Shown: piece by piece, positions 51,251 to 62,016 of the stretch
Numbering within the stretch: the stretch's first letter is position 1
Layout of the letters: each line of letters begins with the position of its first letter
Source: Candidatus Omnitrophota bacterium
GTDB taxonomy: Bacteria > Omnitrophota > Gorgyraeia > Gygaellales > Profunditerraquicolaceae
Reading direction: 5' to 3'
Assembly (NCBI GenBank): GCA_023227925.1
Contig: JALOCE010000001.1
Location: 539 to 64,538 of the forward strand
Length of the DNA stretch: 64,000 bases
Position numbers and translations under genes: made by a program
Notes under the pieces: generated by a model
Told to the model about the DNA's origin: nothing
What the model saw: only the letters and a program-made list of their open reading frames with translations
Database searches by the model: none

Positions 51251-52948
51251 TTGGTTAGATGTGTATCTGGCTATAGTGACGATAATATATATTCTATGGA
51301 GAATATCCCAAAAGCTAAATTCATGAAGTTTTCGCACCTCCCAACTTTCTTATTGATAATCGGCTATCCTGTTTACTGGCTTGAATTATTTATTTTTAAT
51401 AAAAGAGACGGGACGGCTTCATTTTTGGCTCCTGCATTATTCTTGTCCTGCGCCATTTTAACGCTTATATATAGACGCCAGGCTGTTATTACAAATTATA
51501 GGTGGCTGAAATCGTTTTGGAGAAACAGTAATTTTATAATAAAATTAGTTTTAATTGTTTCGGCCGCTTGTATTTCGATAATTATTTTGACTGTCTTGTA
51601 TGCTTATTTATTACCACCGCACCTATCTCAGGAATTTGATGCATTGAATTACCATTTAAGCATACCCCGGCAGCATTTGATCCTTGGTAGTTTTGAGCAT
51701 ATCAGCTGGTCTTCTGCCGATCTTTTTCCTTTACCGGTCGATTTTGCGCTTGCGCCTTATTGGTTTGCTACTGCGCTACCGAATAAAATACCGCAGTTTT
51801 TTTTCCTTATCGGCCTTGTATTAGTGGCGGCGAACCTCCTGATGCGCCTGAGTAATGGCAATCGTTTTGGCGCCTGTTTGGCTGTCATCGCGATATTCGG
51901 TGCGCATTTTATCGGTATCCAAATGGGTACAGCCATGCTCGATACCGCCCTCGCATACCTTTTCCTGGCAGCCCTGGATAGCTTTCTTGAGGGTAACATG
52001 ATTCTGGCAGGGATAGAGGCAGCCTTTTATTTCTGGTCGAAATCTTTTATCCCGCTTCAGACCGGGTTAATCATAATGCTATTGTTATTTGCCTGGTTGA
52101 TTTTTAAAATTAGAGGTTTTAGAACTATCAATTGGAGTTTTGGCAGGCCGATAGAGCTAAAAGAAAAACAGGGTTATCTGCGTAATCTAAAATCTTTTAT
52201 TGTAGTTTTTCTTGTTTCTAGCGTTATTATCGCCGGGCCGTTTCTGGTTAAATCCTGGTATTATTCGGGGACACCTTTGTATCCGTTTGCCGCAGGCGCG
52301 CTAAAAATAAATAAGAATGTTGATGTGAATGACAAGCATTGGGAGTCTATTACCGATTCGGCAAAGACACATATTAACGCAAAAGATAGCTATGGGCACG
52401 GTAGGTCGTTTTTTGATTTTGTCCGTCATTTTTGGTTAATTGCCGTTCCCGAACAGGGAGTTAATAATAGCTACGATTACCCGTTAGGCCTTGTGTATTT
52501 AATTTTTCTTGGCCCTTTTCTATGGTTCCTGGTACAATCTCTCATAAGAAGAGAATTTGTAATTTTGCCGTTTTTAATCATTATTTACTGGGTTATTTGG
52601 TGGTTTGGTTCACAGCAGGCCAGATTCCTTTATGTGCCGGTCTTGTTAATGGTGATAACCGTTCTTTCATATTTAAAGAATCCATCAATTGTTTTTTTGA
52701 CATGTTTATCCTTTGCGCTTGTCTTTAATTGCCTTTCAGTATTTAGCGCGCATAAAACAGATCTTGGTTTGCAGAAAGAAGAAGTTTTACGCGCTAAAGA
52801 CAGGGAGCTTAGCCGGATGAGTAGTGATTACCTTAAGCAAGGCAGGCATGATACGGTTAGCTTTGCTTTTTATGACATCGCATACGCCCGTTTTCCGGTA
52901 AAGGTATCGGGAGTAAGGTCCGCATGGGTGCTAACTGATAATAAATGA
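51251..52948 (+). CDS. Polytopic membrane protein, candidate GT-C-type glycosyltransferase or polymer-modifying protein
   Basis: About 12 or more hydrophobic helices. No soluble-domain motif is recognisable. A more likely start is the ATG at 51296. Confidence 0.3.
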   Translation: MVRCVSGYSDDNIYSMENIPKAKFMKFSHLPTFLLIIGYPVYWLELFIFNKRDGTASFLAPALFLSCAILTLIYRRQAVITNYRWLKSFWRNSNFIIKLVLIVSAACISIIILTVLYAYLLPPHLSQEFDALNYHLSIPRQHLILGSFEHISWSSADLFPLPVDFALAPYWFATALPNKIPQFFFLIGLVLVAANLLMRLSNGNRFGACLAVIAIFGAHFIGIQMGTAMLDTALAYLFLAALDSFLEGNMILAGIEAAFYFWSKSFIPLQTGLIIMLLLFAWLIFKIRGFRTINWSFGRPIELKEKQGYLRNLKSFIVVFLVSSVIIAGPFLVKSWYYSGTPLYPFAAGALKINKNVDVNDKHWESITDSAKTHINAKDSYGHGRSFFDFVRHFWLIAVPEQGVNNSYDYPLGLVYLIFLGPFLWFLVQSLIRREFVILPFLIIIYWVIWWFGSQQARFLYVPVLLMVITVLSYLKNPSIVFLTCLSFALVFNCLSVFSAHKTDLGLQKEEVLRAKDRELSRMSSDYLKQGRHDTVSFAFYDIAYARFPVKVSGVRSAWVLTDNK

Positions 52949-52976
52949 AAACTTCGTTTGAATAGAGGGAAAGGAT

Positions 52977-54404
52977 ATGCAATTGCATGATTACGATAAG
53001 ATAAGAGATTATTTTGATTCCGTTGCTGATGAACGGCCTAAATGGCGTAAGAGGGCGGGTTATTTTCATAAGGAATTGAGGAGGTATGTGAAGTTTCTTA
53101 TCCCTGAAAATAGCTCTGTCCTTGAAATTGGCTGTGAAACTGGGGATTTACTTGCGCAGCTTTCTCCAAAAAGGGGAGTAGGCATTGATTCCAGCAGGAC
53201 TTTTATTGAAACGGCAGCAAAGAATTTTCCTCACCTTGAATTTAAATTAGGAGACCTGGACAATATAGAAAAACTGGAGATAAACGAAAAGTTTGATTAT
53301 ATTATCGTAGGCAGTGTTATAGGTTATGTGGATGACATCCAGAATGTCTTATCGGGCTTAAAGAAATTTTGTAAACCCGAAACAAGAATCCTGGTAAGTT
53401 ATTACAATTATCTTTGGGAGCCCATATTGAAGTTTGCGGAAATGATAAGATTAAGGATGAGGCGCCCGATACAGCACTGGCTTTCTACCAGCGACCTTGA
53501 GAATTTTTTATATATTGCCGGTTTCGAGCTGGTAAAGAAGAAAAACTATTTCCTCATACCTTTCTATGTCCCTTTATTATCCACATTTTTTAATAAGTTT
53601 TTCGCGAATTTAGGTTTTTTCAGGAAGTTATCTTTGGTGCAAATATTGATAACCCGTCTTCCGCATTGTGACAGGCAGGCAAAAGATTTTAGTTGTTCGG
53701 TAATAGTTCCCTGCCGGAACGAACGAGGCAATATCGAACAGGTTATTCTCAGGATGCCTCTTATAGGCAAGCATACCGAGATTATTTTTGTGGAGGGACA
53801 TTCTAAAGATGGGACCTATGAGGAATGTTTACGTGTGAAAAGTAAATATTCAAGCAGGGATATCAAGGTTATGCAGCAGGATGGAGAAGGCAAGGCGGAT
53901 GCGGTTAGGAAGGGGCTTTCTTATACGCAAGGAGATATTTTCATGATCCTGGACGCAGACTTGGGTGTTTCGCCTGAAGAACTGCCTAAGTTTTTCGATG
54001 CGCTAATATCCAATAAGGGCGAATTTATTAATGGCAGCCGCTTGGTCTATAGCAGAAATAAGCAAGTGATGCGTTTCCTGAATATTTTGGGAAATAAATT
54101 TTTTAGTTTCATGTTTACATTTCTTCTGGAGCAATATCTTAAAGATACGCTCTGCGGAACAAAGGCCCTATGGAAGCAAGATTACTATAGGATTCTGTCC
54201 AATCGTGAATACTTTACGGATATCGATCCTTTCGGTGATTTTGACCTTCTTTTCGGAGCCGCAAAATTAAACCTGAAGATAGTCGAAGTACCCGTACATT
54301 ACTATGAACGTAGCTACGGCTCTACGCAGATCAGAAGATTCAGGCACGGCTGGCTTTTATTGAAAATGGCTTTCTTGGCGATGGGAAAACTGAGGTTTAT
54401 TTAG
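52977..54404 (+). CDS. Fusion: class I SAM methyltransferase (N-terminal) plus GT2 dolichyl/polyprenyl-phosphate sugar synthase-like glycosyltransferase (C-terminal)
   Basis: N-terminal VLEIGCETGDLL and FDYIIVGSVIGYV. C-terminal CSVIVPCRNERGNIEQVI, ILDADLG and C-terminal TM helices typical of DPM1/ArnC-like GT2 enzymes. Confidence 0.7.
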   Translation: MQLHDYDKIRDYFDSVADERPKWRKRAGYFHKELRRYVKFLIPENSSVLEIGCETGDLLAQLSPKRGVGIDSSRTFIETAAKNFPHLEFKLGDLDNIEKLEINEKFDYIIVGSVIGYVDDIQNVLSGLKKFCKPETRILVSYYNYLWEPILKFAEMIRLRMRRPIQHWLSTSDLENFLYIAGFELVKKKNYFLIPFYVPLLSTFFNKFFANLGFFRKLSLVQILITRLPHCDRQAKDFSCSVIVPCRNERGNIEQVILRMPLIGKHTEIIFVEGHSKDGTYEECLRVKSKYSSRDIKVMQQDGEGKADAVRKGLSYTQGDIFMILDADLGVSPEELPKFFDALISNKGEFINGSRLVYSRNKQVMRFLNILGNKFFSFMFTFLLEQYLKDTLCGTKALWKQDYYRILSNREYFTDIDPFGDFDLLFGAAKLNLKIVEVPVHYYERSYGSTQIRRFRHGWLLLKMAFLAMGKLRFI

Positions 54405-56585
54405 GTGGACTGTAAATTCCTTTTTATCGAACCCGGAAGTTATTCGCTTGGATTAAATAAGGCTACACTATTCCCTCCTTTGGGATTGGTATATCTGGCA
54501 ACTAATTTGAATGATAGAGGTTTTAGCGCACAGATTTACGACGCATCTATAAAAAGATCTACGCCGCAAGAAACTTTGGCAATCGTTAAACAAAAAAAAC
54601 CCGAAGTGATCGGGTTAAGGATGTATTATTGTAATATCGACTGGGTAAAAGAATTAATAAAGCTCGTGCGCAATCTTGATTCCGGGATTATCGTTGGCAT
54701 AGGAGGGCCTTGCGCTTCTACTGAACCAAAGGCGACGATTAACAAAACAGGGGCTGATTTTTGCATGGCAGGAGAGGGGGAATTTGCTATCCTGGAATTA
54801 GCCAAGAATATTTATGCGCTTAGGCCTTATTATGAAGATGTCCCGGGGATCATGGCCAGGACAAATAATAACGGATATTATAGCGGTTCTCCAAATAACC
54901 GCATAAAAGATATCGACCGGATCCCTTTTCCCGATTATGATTTAGTAGGAGGTTTAGATCCTTATTCGCCAAGGACCAGGTATTCTCCCGCGGCCCCTAT
55001 TATTACAACTAGGGGGTGCGCATTTAAATGTTCATTTTGCGCAAGGCATGTTTTTGGTAATTTAGTGACCTATAGATCGGCTGAGAATGTTATCCAAGAA
55101 ATAGTTTTGTTAAAACAAAAATATGGGATTAGGCAAATAGATATTCTAGACGATAATTTTACAGTAGATAGAAATCACGCTCAACGGATCCTGGATTTGA
55201 TTATTAAAGAAAAGATCGGGCTTTCCTTTGACTTGAGATCGGGGGTAAGGCTGGAGTCTTTAGATAATGAACTTTTAATTAAAATGAGAAAGGCGGGTTT
55301 TTATAAAATAGCCTTTGGAATAGAGTCGGCAGATAAGAGAGTCCTGGAATTATGCAATAAACGGCTCGACCTTGATAAATTAAGAAAAACGGCATTATTT
55401 GCGAAAGATATCGGTTTTAAGACCTCCGGGTTTTTTATCATCGGCCTTCCGGGTGAAACTTTCCAAAGCGTAAGAAAAACGGTAGGATTGGCCCATGAAT
55501 TGAAATTGGATGTTGCTAATTTTTGTATGGCAACTCCTTATCCGGGCACGGAGCTCTTTGACTATGTAAAAAAACACGGGCGTTTTCTTTTTGACCCCGA
55601 GAAAAATTATGATTTTGGATTTTACGCAGGTAAACCATTCTATGCACTGCCTGATTTAGACGAGAAGGAAGTTTCCCGTAGATTTAGCTTTGCCTATCGC
55701 AACTTCTATAATATTTTTCAAATTTTGACAGATCTGTTCTCGATAAGAACTGTCGCAGAGCTAAAATGGTTCGCGGGAGCCGCTCTTTCGGTACTCAAGG
55801 GACAGCTATATAATTTATTTAAACTTACCCAGGTAAAGCATATCGATAATATAAATACGCTCGAGACTTTCGAATTGCATCGTAGGATAATCCGCCAGAA
55901 GCCGTTTCTTAAGAAAGTTTACCGGGATTGGTACAAAATGCTTAAGGATTCCATTAATGGTTTATCCCGGGGCACTATTATTGAATTAGGCAGCGGGGGA
56001 GGCTTCTTGAAAGAGGTAATCCCGCAGGCTTATACTTCGGATATTGTTTTAATGCCGGGCTTAGATTTGAATCTATCGGCATTAGACCTGCCATTTAAAA
56101 ATAATTCCATAAGCGCTTTTCTTATGCTTGATACCATGCACCACATTAATAAACCGGTAGTTTTTTTTAAGGAATTATCCAGATGCCTGAGGGGAGGCGG
56201 AAGGATCATTATGATAGAACCGGCCAATACATTATGGTCCAGGTTCATCTTTGTCAATTTTCATCAAGAAGATTTTGATGTGTCTGCCGGATGGGAATTT
56301 GAAACGAGCGGGCCGTTGTCTTCCGCGAATGGAGCTTTACCTTGGATAGTATTTTCGCGTGACAGAGATATATTCCTAAAAGAATTCCCGCAATTAAAAA
56401 TAAAGAGATTGCGTTACCACACCCCCTTACGTTATATCTTAAGCGGCGGCCTTTCTATGCGCCAGATTGCCCCTTCTTTTACATATGGGTTTTTTGGAGT
56501 TTTGGAGTTTTTAATTTCGCCGTTAAACAAATATCTTGGTATGTTTTTATTGGTGGAGATAGAGAAATGCGCAAATACGGATTAG
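54405..56585 (+). CDS. Fusion: B12-binding (class B) radical SAM domain plus C-terminal class I SAM methyltransferase domain
   Basis: GTG start. B12-like N-terminus (FLFIEPGSYSLGLNKATLFPPLGLVYLATNL), radical SAM TTRGCAFKCSFCARH, and C-terminal GTIIELGSGGGFLKEV ... GGRIIMIEP methyltransferase motifs. Confidence 0.7.
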   Translation: MDCKFLFIEPGSYSLGLNKATLFPPLGLVYLATNLNDRGFSAQIYDASIKRSTPQETLAIVKQKKPEVIGLRMYYCNIDWVKELIKLVRNLDSGIIVGIGGPCASTEPKATINKTGADFCMAGEGEFAILELAKNIYALRPYYEDVPGIMARTNNNGYYSGSPNNRIKDIDRIPFPDYDLVGGLDPYSPRTRYSPAAPIITTRGCAFKCSFCARHVFGNLVTYRSAENVIQEIVLLKQKYGIRQIDILDDNFTVDRNHAQRILDLIIKEKIGLSFDLRSGVRLESLDNELLIKMRKAGFYKIAFGIESADKRVLELCNKRLDLDKLRKTALFAKDIGFKTSGFFIIGLPGETFQSVRKTVGLAHELKLDVANFCMATPYPGTELFDYVKKHGRFLFDPEKNYDFGFYAGKPFYALPDLDEKEVSRRFSFAYRNFYNIFQILTDLFSIRTVAELKWFAGAALSVLKGQLYNLFKLTQVKHIDNINTLETFELHRRIIRQKPFLKKVYRDWYKMLKDSINGLSRGTIIELGSGGGFLKEVIPQAYTSDIVLMPGLDLNLSALDLPFKNNSISAFLMLDTMHHINKPVVFFKELSRCLRGGGRIIMIEPANTLWSRFIFVNFHQEDFDVSAGWEFETSGPLSSANGALPWIVFSRDRDIFLKEFPQLKIKRLRYHTPLRYILSGGLSMRQIAPSFTYGFFGVLEFLISPLNKYLGMFLLVEIEKCANTD

Positions 56586-56604
56586 TCCAGAAAGGGGCAG
56601 GCGT

Positions 56605-58506
56605 ATGAATTACGTCCAGTTTGGGCTATTCATCTTTATTTTCTTTTCTATTCTTTTTTGTGGCATAGCGATTTACAGATTATTGGCAGGCAATAATTCC
56701 AGTTTAAATAGGGGCATTTATCTGGGCGAGACCTTACTTTTGGGCTCGATATTGCTTGTAGGGGAATTTTTGGCATTATCTTTATTTTCGCTATATAAAT
56801 TACCGTTCTTAGCGGCGATAGTAGCTTTAAATTATTTACTTTTCTTCAATAAGGATGTAAAGGGCGGTTTTGTGTCGCTATTCAAGCATCCGCATTTTGA
56901 TTTATTTAACACTGTATTTATTCTATTGATATCGGTACTGATTTTCAGGAATATGTATTTCCTTGTTGATGTTGATTCGGCTTCAACTTATCTTTTTACC
57001 CAGAAAGTATGGTTATTAAAAGGAACGAGTATTATCGGCAGCAATGCCATTGATATGAGGATATTCGCGCCTCAATTTGATACTATTTTTTATAGCTTGG
57101 GCCTGGTGTTTACAAATTTTGAAATTTTATTTCCGCAACTTATAAATATTTTTTGGAAGATAATCGTTCTTTTATTGGTTTACGGGTATACGAGTTACCG
57201 TTTTAACGGGCTCTGCGGTTTAGGCGCCACTATGTTAGTTCTATTTGATATGCATTTTTTCTTTTCAGGCGCAAATCAGTGGGTAATGCTTAACTGTGCC
57301 CTGGTGGCATTTATCTTTGCTGCCGCTTATAATTTTTGGGAAGCAAGGAGAAGCAATGATATTTTTCGTTTTGCTTTAGCCCTGATCTTTTTGGCGCAGC
57401 TGCCGGCGAATAAATATCAGATGGCCTATATATTCATATTCTTCTTAGGGGCAGGGGTCCTGATCCAGCCGCAACCCCTGGAGAAGATAAAAGAAGTCCT
57501 TACTTCAAAAAAATTAGCCCTCGGTATAGCGGGTAGTATTTTTTGCGCCTGCCTCTGGTATGTTAAAAATTGGATAGCTGTCGGCTTGCCTACATTCCCG
57601 ATATTCGCAGGCAATCTGAATGTTGGAGGCTGGACGCCGGAGCAATCCGATATTTTTATTAAATTTTTTACCGGTATAAGCCCTATGCTTTTTTTCAAGT
57701 ATATGACTTATCTTTTTATTTGGCCAGGCATAGTTTCGTCAAAAATTGTGATCATTTTTATATCCTTACTCCCTATAGTATTACTATTATTCCTTAATAG
57801 TGCGAAAAAAGATAAAGAGCATTTAATGGAATTATCATTCTGGTTAGGGATTGCGATATTAAGCGTAATGGGTATTTGTCTGGCCTGCCACCAGGATCCA
57901 CGTTACTATCGTTTCCCGATAGGTATTTTTTCTTTTGCTGCTATTTTTTCCATAGCGTTCATAATAGGGCAATTTTTTAAAGCAAACCGTAATCTGCTTA
58001 CGGGGATCATAGCCATTTGCATCGGCTTGTTAGGATACCCTATTATTTATAGCGAGGGAGGGCATTTTAGCCGCCCCACTTTTCAAGAAAACCTTGCAGT
58101 GCTTAGGGATCAGATCCATACAGACTACGCGATAAAGAAGCACTACCCTATAGCTTTTTCCGTTGCCATTGCTATGGAGAAGAATAAAAGGAAAACGGAA
58201 AACGCGGGATGGGGTTTAAGGGATAGTTTGAATTTCCCCACTTTTTATCTTCCCGTCCGGCCAATGGTATCATTGTGGCTTACTACGGTAATCAGATGGG
58301 ATTCATATGCGAACGAAACGTCGATCATCGAAGATTTGAAAAAAGCCGGCCTTGAGTGGATTATGGAATTAAGAGGTAACGATCTATTATTTCTGAGCCG
58401 GGAAGAATACGCCAAGGAAGCAGTTGCTTATAACCGTCGTCCCGAAAAGGTTTCTTACGATTACGGTTTCCCCAGGGAGCTGTCGCATATTAAATATGGA
58501 GATTAA
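56605..58506 (+). CDS. Polytopic membrane protein (about 14 or more TM helices), function unknown
   Basis: Strongly hydrophobic throughout with no soluble motif. Possibly a GT-C-like or polysaccharide polymerase/export component. Confidence 0.3.
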   Translation: MNYVQFGLFIFIFFSILFCGIAIYRLLAGNNSSLNRGIYLGETLLLGSILLVGEFLALSLFSLYKLPFLAAIVALNYLLFFNKDVKGGFVSLFKHPHFDLFNTVFILLISVLIFRNMYFLVDVDSASTYLFTQKVWLLKGTSIIGSNAIDMRIFAPQFDTIFYSLGLVFTNFEILFPQLINIFWKIIVLLLVYGYTSYRFNGLCGLGATMLVLFDMHFFFSGANQWVMLNCALVAFIFAAAYNFWEARRSNDIFRFALALIFLAQLPANKYQMAYIFIFFLGAGVLIQPQPLEKIKEVLTSKKLALGIAGSIFCACLWYVKNWIAVGLPTFPIFAGNLNVGGWTPEQSDIFIKFFTGISPMLFFKYMTYLFIWPGIVSSKIVIIFISLLPIVLLLFLNSAKKDKEHLMELSFWLGIAILSVMGICLACHQDPRYYRFPIGIFSFAAIFSIAFIIGQFFKANRNLLTGIIAICIGLLGYPIIYSEGGHFSRPTFQENLAVLRDQIHTDYAIKKHYPIAFSVAIAMEKNKRKTENAGWGLRDSLNFPTFYLPVRPMVSLWLTTVIRWDSYANETSIIEDLKKAGLEWIMELRGNDLLFLSREEYAKEAVAYNRRPEKVSYDYGFPRELSHIKYGD

Positions 58507-58522
58507 ATCACCATCAATAAAT

Positions 58523-59620
58523 ATGAGGGATAAAGAGCTAAAAAAATTCGATCTGTTCGGAGTTAATATCTCTGCGATAAACATGGAATATATCCTGGAG
58601 TCTGTAGAAAATTCAATTTTAAACAAAGATAGGATCTATATATCTACCTGCCCCGTAGGAACCGTGATAGAATGCCAGAAAGATGAACAGGTTTTAAAAA
58701 GCGTAAATTCTGCAGATTTAGTTACTCCTGACGGCATGCCGGTTGTCTGGCTCGGCAGATTAAAAGGACATAAGGATATAACCAGGGTTTACGGCCCTGA
58801 TCTTATGTGGGAAATCTGTGCAATTTCCGAAAATAAAGGTTATAGGAATTATTTTTATGGTTCGACTCCCGAGGTGCTTAGCGGATTGAGAAAAAGACTT
58901 TTAGTATGCCTCCCCGGTTTAAAAATAGCAGGTTATTTTTCTCCGCCCTTTTATCCCTTGACAGAGGAAGAGGATAAGAAGATCATTAATATGATAAACA
59001 ATTGCAAAGCTGATATATTATGGGTCGGCCTAGGTTCGCCAAAGCAGGACATTTGGATGCACGAACACAGGGATGCGATAGGCGCCCCGGTTATTATCGG
59101 TGTGGGTGCTGCCTTTGATTTTTTATCCGGCCTGAAAAAACAGGCACCGCGCTGGATGCAGCGTTCGGGGTTGGAATGGCTTTTTCGTTTGATCACTGAG
59201 CCTAAGAGATTATGGAAACGTTATCTTCTGGGAAACTCGCTGTTTATGATTTTAATTGTCAGGGGCCTGATAAGGAAGGTAAAGGAGGAGTTCATGAAAG
59301 ATAAAATAATATTACCCGCTTTTGTTATAACGCTTTTCTTTCTGATGATATTTATAATTGTCTATATGAAAAACCAGGCAGCCTATATGGACAATCTGGA
59401 TGAAAGGGTAAGATTCTTGATGGGTAAAATAACCTCAACTTCAGATTTTAAGAAAGAAAAATCAATGGTTAGTGAGGCTGATAAGGCAGAAAACAAGAGC
59501 CTTCCGCAACAACTGGCAATTATCAGGCAAGATCTTAGTGACCTTCAAGCCAAATATGCTGCTATGGCTGATTCGCAAGAAAAGGAAGGTGCTAAAAAGA
59601 AGAAGAAAAAAGGAAATTGA
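58523..59620 (+). CDS. WecB/TagA/CpsF-family (GT26) glycosyltransferase with unusual C-terminal TM plus coiled-coil plus poly-Lys extension
   Basis: VTPDGMPVVWL and ILWVGLGSPKQDIWM core motifs. The ATG at 58523 follows the upstream stop. An in-frame C-terminal tail of about 110 aa carries one TM helix (ILPAFVITLFFLMIFIIVY), a coiled-coil-like segment, and a KKKKKKGN end. Confidence 0.75.
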   Translation: MRDKELKKFDLFGVNISAINMEYILESVENSILNKDRIYISTCPVGTVIECQKDEQVLKSVNSADLVTPDGMPVVWLGRLKGHKDITRVYGPDLMWEICAISENKGYRNYFYGSTPEVLSGLRKRLLVCLPGLKIAGYFSPPFYPLTEEEDKKIINMINNCKADILWVGLGSPKQDIWMHEHRDAIGAPVIIGVGAAFDFLSGLKKQAPRWMQRSGLEWLFRLITEPKRLWKRYLLGNSLFMILIVRGLIRKVKEEFMKDKIILPAFVITLFFLMIFIIVYMKNQAAYMDNLDERVRFLMGKITSTSDFKKEKSMVSEADKAENKSLPQQLAIIRQDLSDLQAKYAAMADSQEKEGAKKKKKKGN

Positions 59621-59646
59621 CAAAAGCCCTCTTTCTGCGATAATAT
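59617..59646 (+). promoter_or_regulatory. Putative sigma70-type promoter (TTGACA, 18-nt spacer, TAATAT) overlapping the stop codon of the GT26 gene
   Basis: The -35 box TTGACA is at 59617-59622 and the -10 box TAATAT at 59641-59646. An AAAGGAA RBS and the ATG at 59676 follow. Confidence 0.4.
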
Positions 59647-59663
59647 TTTATCTAAATTTATAA

Positions 59664-60611
<948 letters not shown>

Positions 60612-60615
60612 ATAT

Positions 60616-62016
60616 ATGTATAGGGATAAAAGAAAGATATATGCATTATACCTCATCATTGATATCATCCTTATCGGGTTTTCATATTATCTCGCCTATT
60701 TTTTAAGAGACAACCTGCACTTTATCCCCATATCTATGGCTACGTTCCGGCAATATTCCTTAGCGTTTATTTTGTGGGGGGTCAGCCTTATCTTTTTCTT
60801 GAATAATTTCCATTTATATTATACGGACCGGTCTTTGACTATTCCCCAGGAGGCTTATCTTGTTTTTAAGGCTGTTTTTTATTCTGCGATCTTATCGGCA
60901 GTTATTATCTTCGGATTTAAGATAGAGTTCTTTTCGCGTATAATTTTCCTTTCAGTCAGCGTCTTATTATTCATAAATTTATCTTCTTGGCGCATACTTA
61001 AAAGGATTTTTATCCGATATACGATTATAAGGGGATATAATAATTTTAATGTTTTGATCATAGGCGCGGGAAGGAGCGGTAAAGAGTTAGCCGATGAAAT
61101 AAAAGACAACCCTTATCTGGGGCTTAAGATAGTAGGTTTTTTAGACGATTATAAAACTGATGCTATTAATGGTTATAGGGTTATAGGAAAAATCCAGGAT
61201 CTGGAGAAGATAGCCCAAAAAAAGTTTGTGGATGAAATATATATCACTATCCCTTCCGAACGTAAAGTCGTTTCTGAGATCCTGTCAAAAGCTAATCTGC
61301 TTGGTAAAACAGTAAGGGTTTTAGCGGATAATTTTGAAATACCGAGATATCAGGTAAAAATTAATTATCTCGGTTTTCTTCCTTTGGTAAGTTATTATGA
61401 GAAAGGCATACATGGGACCGATTCTTTGATCAAAAGGGCGTTGGATATGATTATAGCTACTACGGCTATGACAATACTCCTTCCTTTGCTTTTGATAATT
61501 TCTTTTCTTATCAAGCTTGATAGCCCCGGCCCTATGCTTTATGTTTCCAGGCGTGCCGGCAGGAAAGGAAGGATCTTTAATTTTTATAAATTCCGTTCCA
61601 TGTACAAAGATGCCGATAGGGAGAAGGAGACATTGCGCCATAAATCGGAAGTCAAAGGCCCGATATTTAAGATAAAGAACGATCACCGTATTACCCGCCT
61701 GGGAAAGTTCCTGAGAAGGTATAGCCTGGATGAATTGCCCCAGCTGATCAATGTATTAAAAGGAGATATGACGCTGGTGGGGCCCCGTCCTCTTCCCGTT
61801 GACGAAAGTGAGCAATGCCAGGAGTGGCAATTGCGCCGCCTGGATGTAAAACCCGGGATCGCCTGTATGGCGCAAGTCCGGGGAAGGAGCGATATAAGTT
61901 TCTATAAATGGATGAAATGGGATCTATGGTATATTGATAACTGGTCTTTAGGCCTGGATTTTAATATAATGTTCTGGATGGTGCCTGCGGTATTAAAAAG
62001 AAAAGGTGCTTATTAA
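60616..62016 (+). CDS. Polyprenyl-phosphate sugar-1-phosphate transferase (WbaP/EpsB-type initiating bacterial sugar transferase)
   Basis: N-terminal TM helices, a central Rossmann-like domain, and C-terminal catalytic domain motifs IFNFYKFRSM and TLVGPRPLPVDE. Confidence 0.85.
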   Translation: MYRDKRKIYALYLIIDIILIGFSYYLAYFLRDNLHFIPISMATFRQYSLAFILWGVSLIFFLNNFHLYYTDRSLTIPQEAYLVFKAVFYSAILSAVIIFGFKIEFFSRIIFLSVSVLLFINLSSWRILKRIFIRYTIIRGYNNFNVLIIGAGRSGKELADEIKDNPYLGLKIVGFLDDYKTDAINGYRVIGKIQDLEKIAQKKFVDEIYITIPSERKVVSEILSKANLLGKTVRVLADNFEIPRYQVKINYLGFLPLVSYYEKGIHGTDSLIKRALDMIIATTAMTILLPLLLIISFLIKLDSPGPMLYVSRRAGRKGRIFNFYKFRSMYKDADREKETLRHKSEVKGPIFKIKNDHRITRLGKFLRRYSLDELPQLINVLKGDMTLVGPRPLPVDESEQCQEWQLRRLDVKPGIACMAQVRGRSDISFYKWMKWDLWYIDNWSLGLDFNIMFWMVPAVLKRKGAY

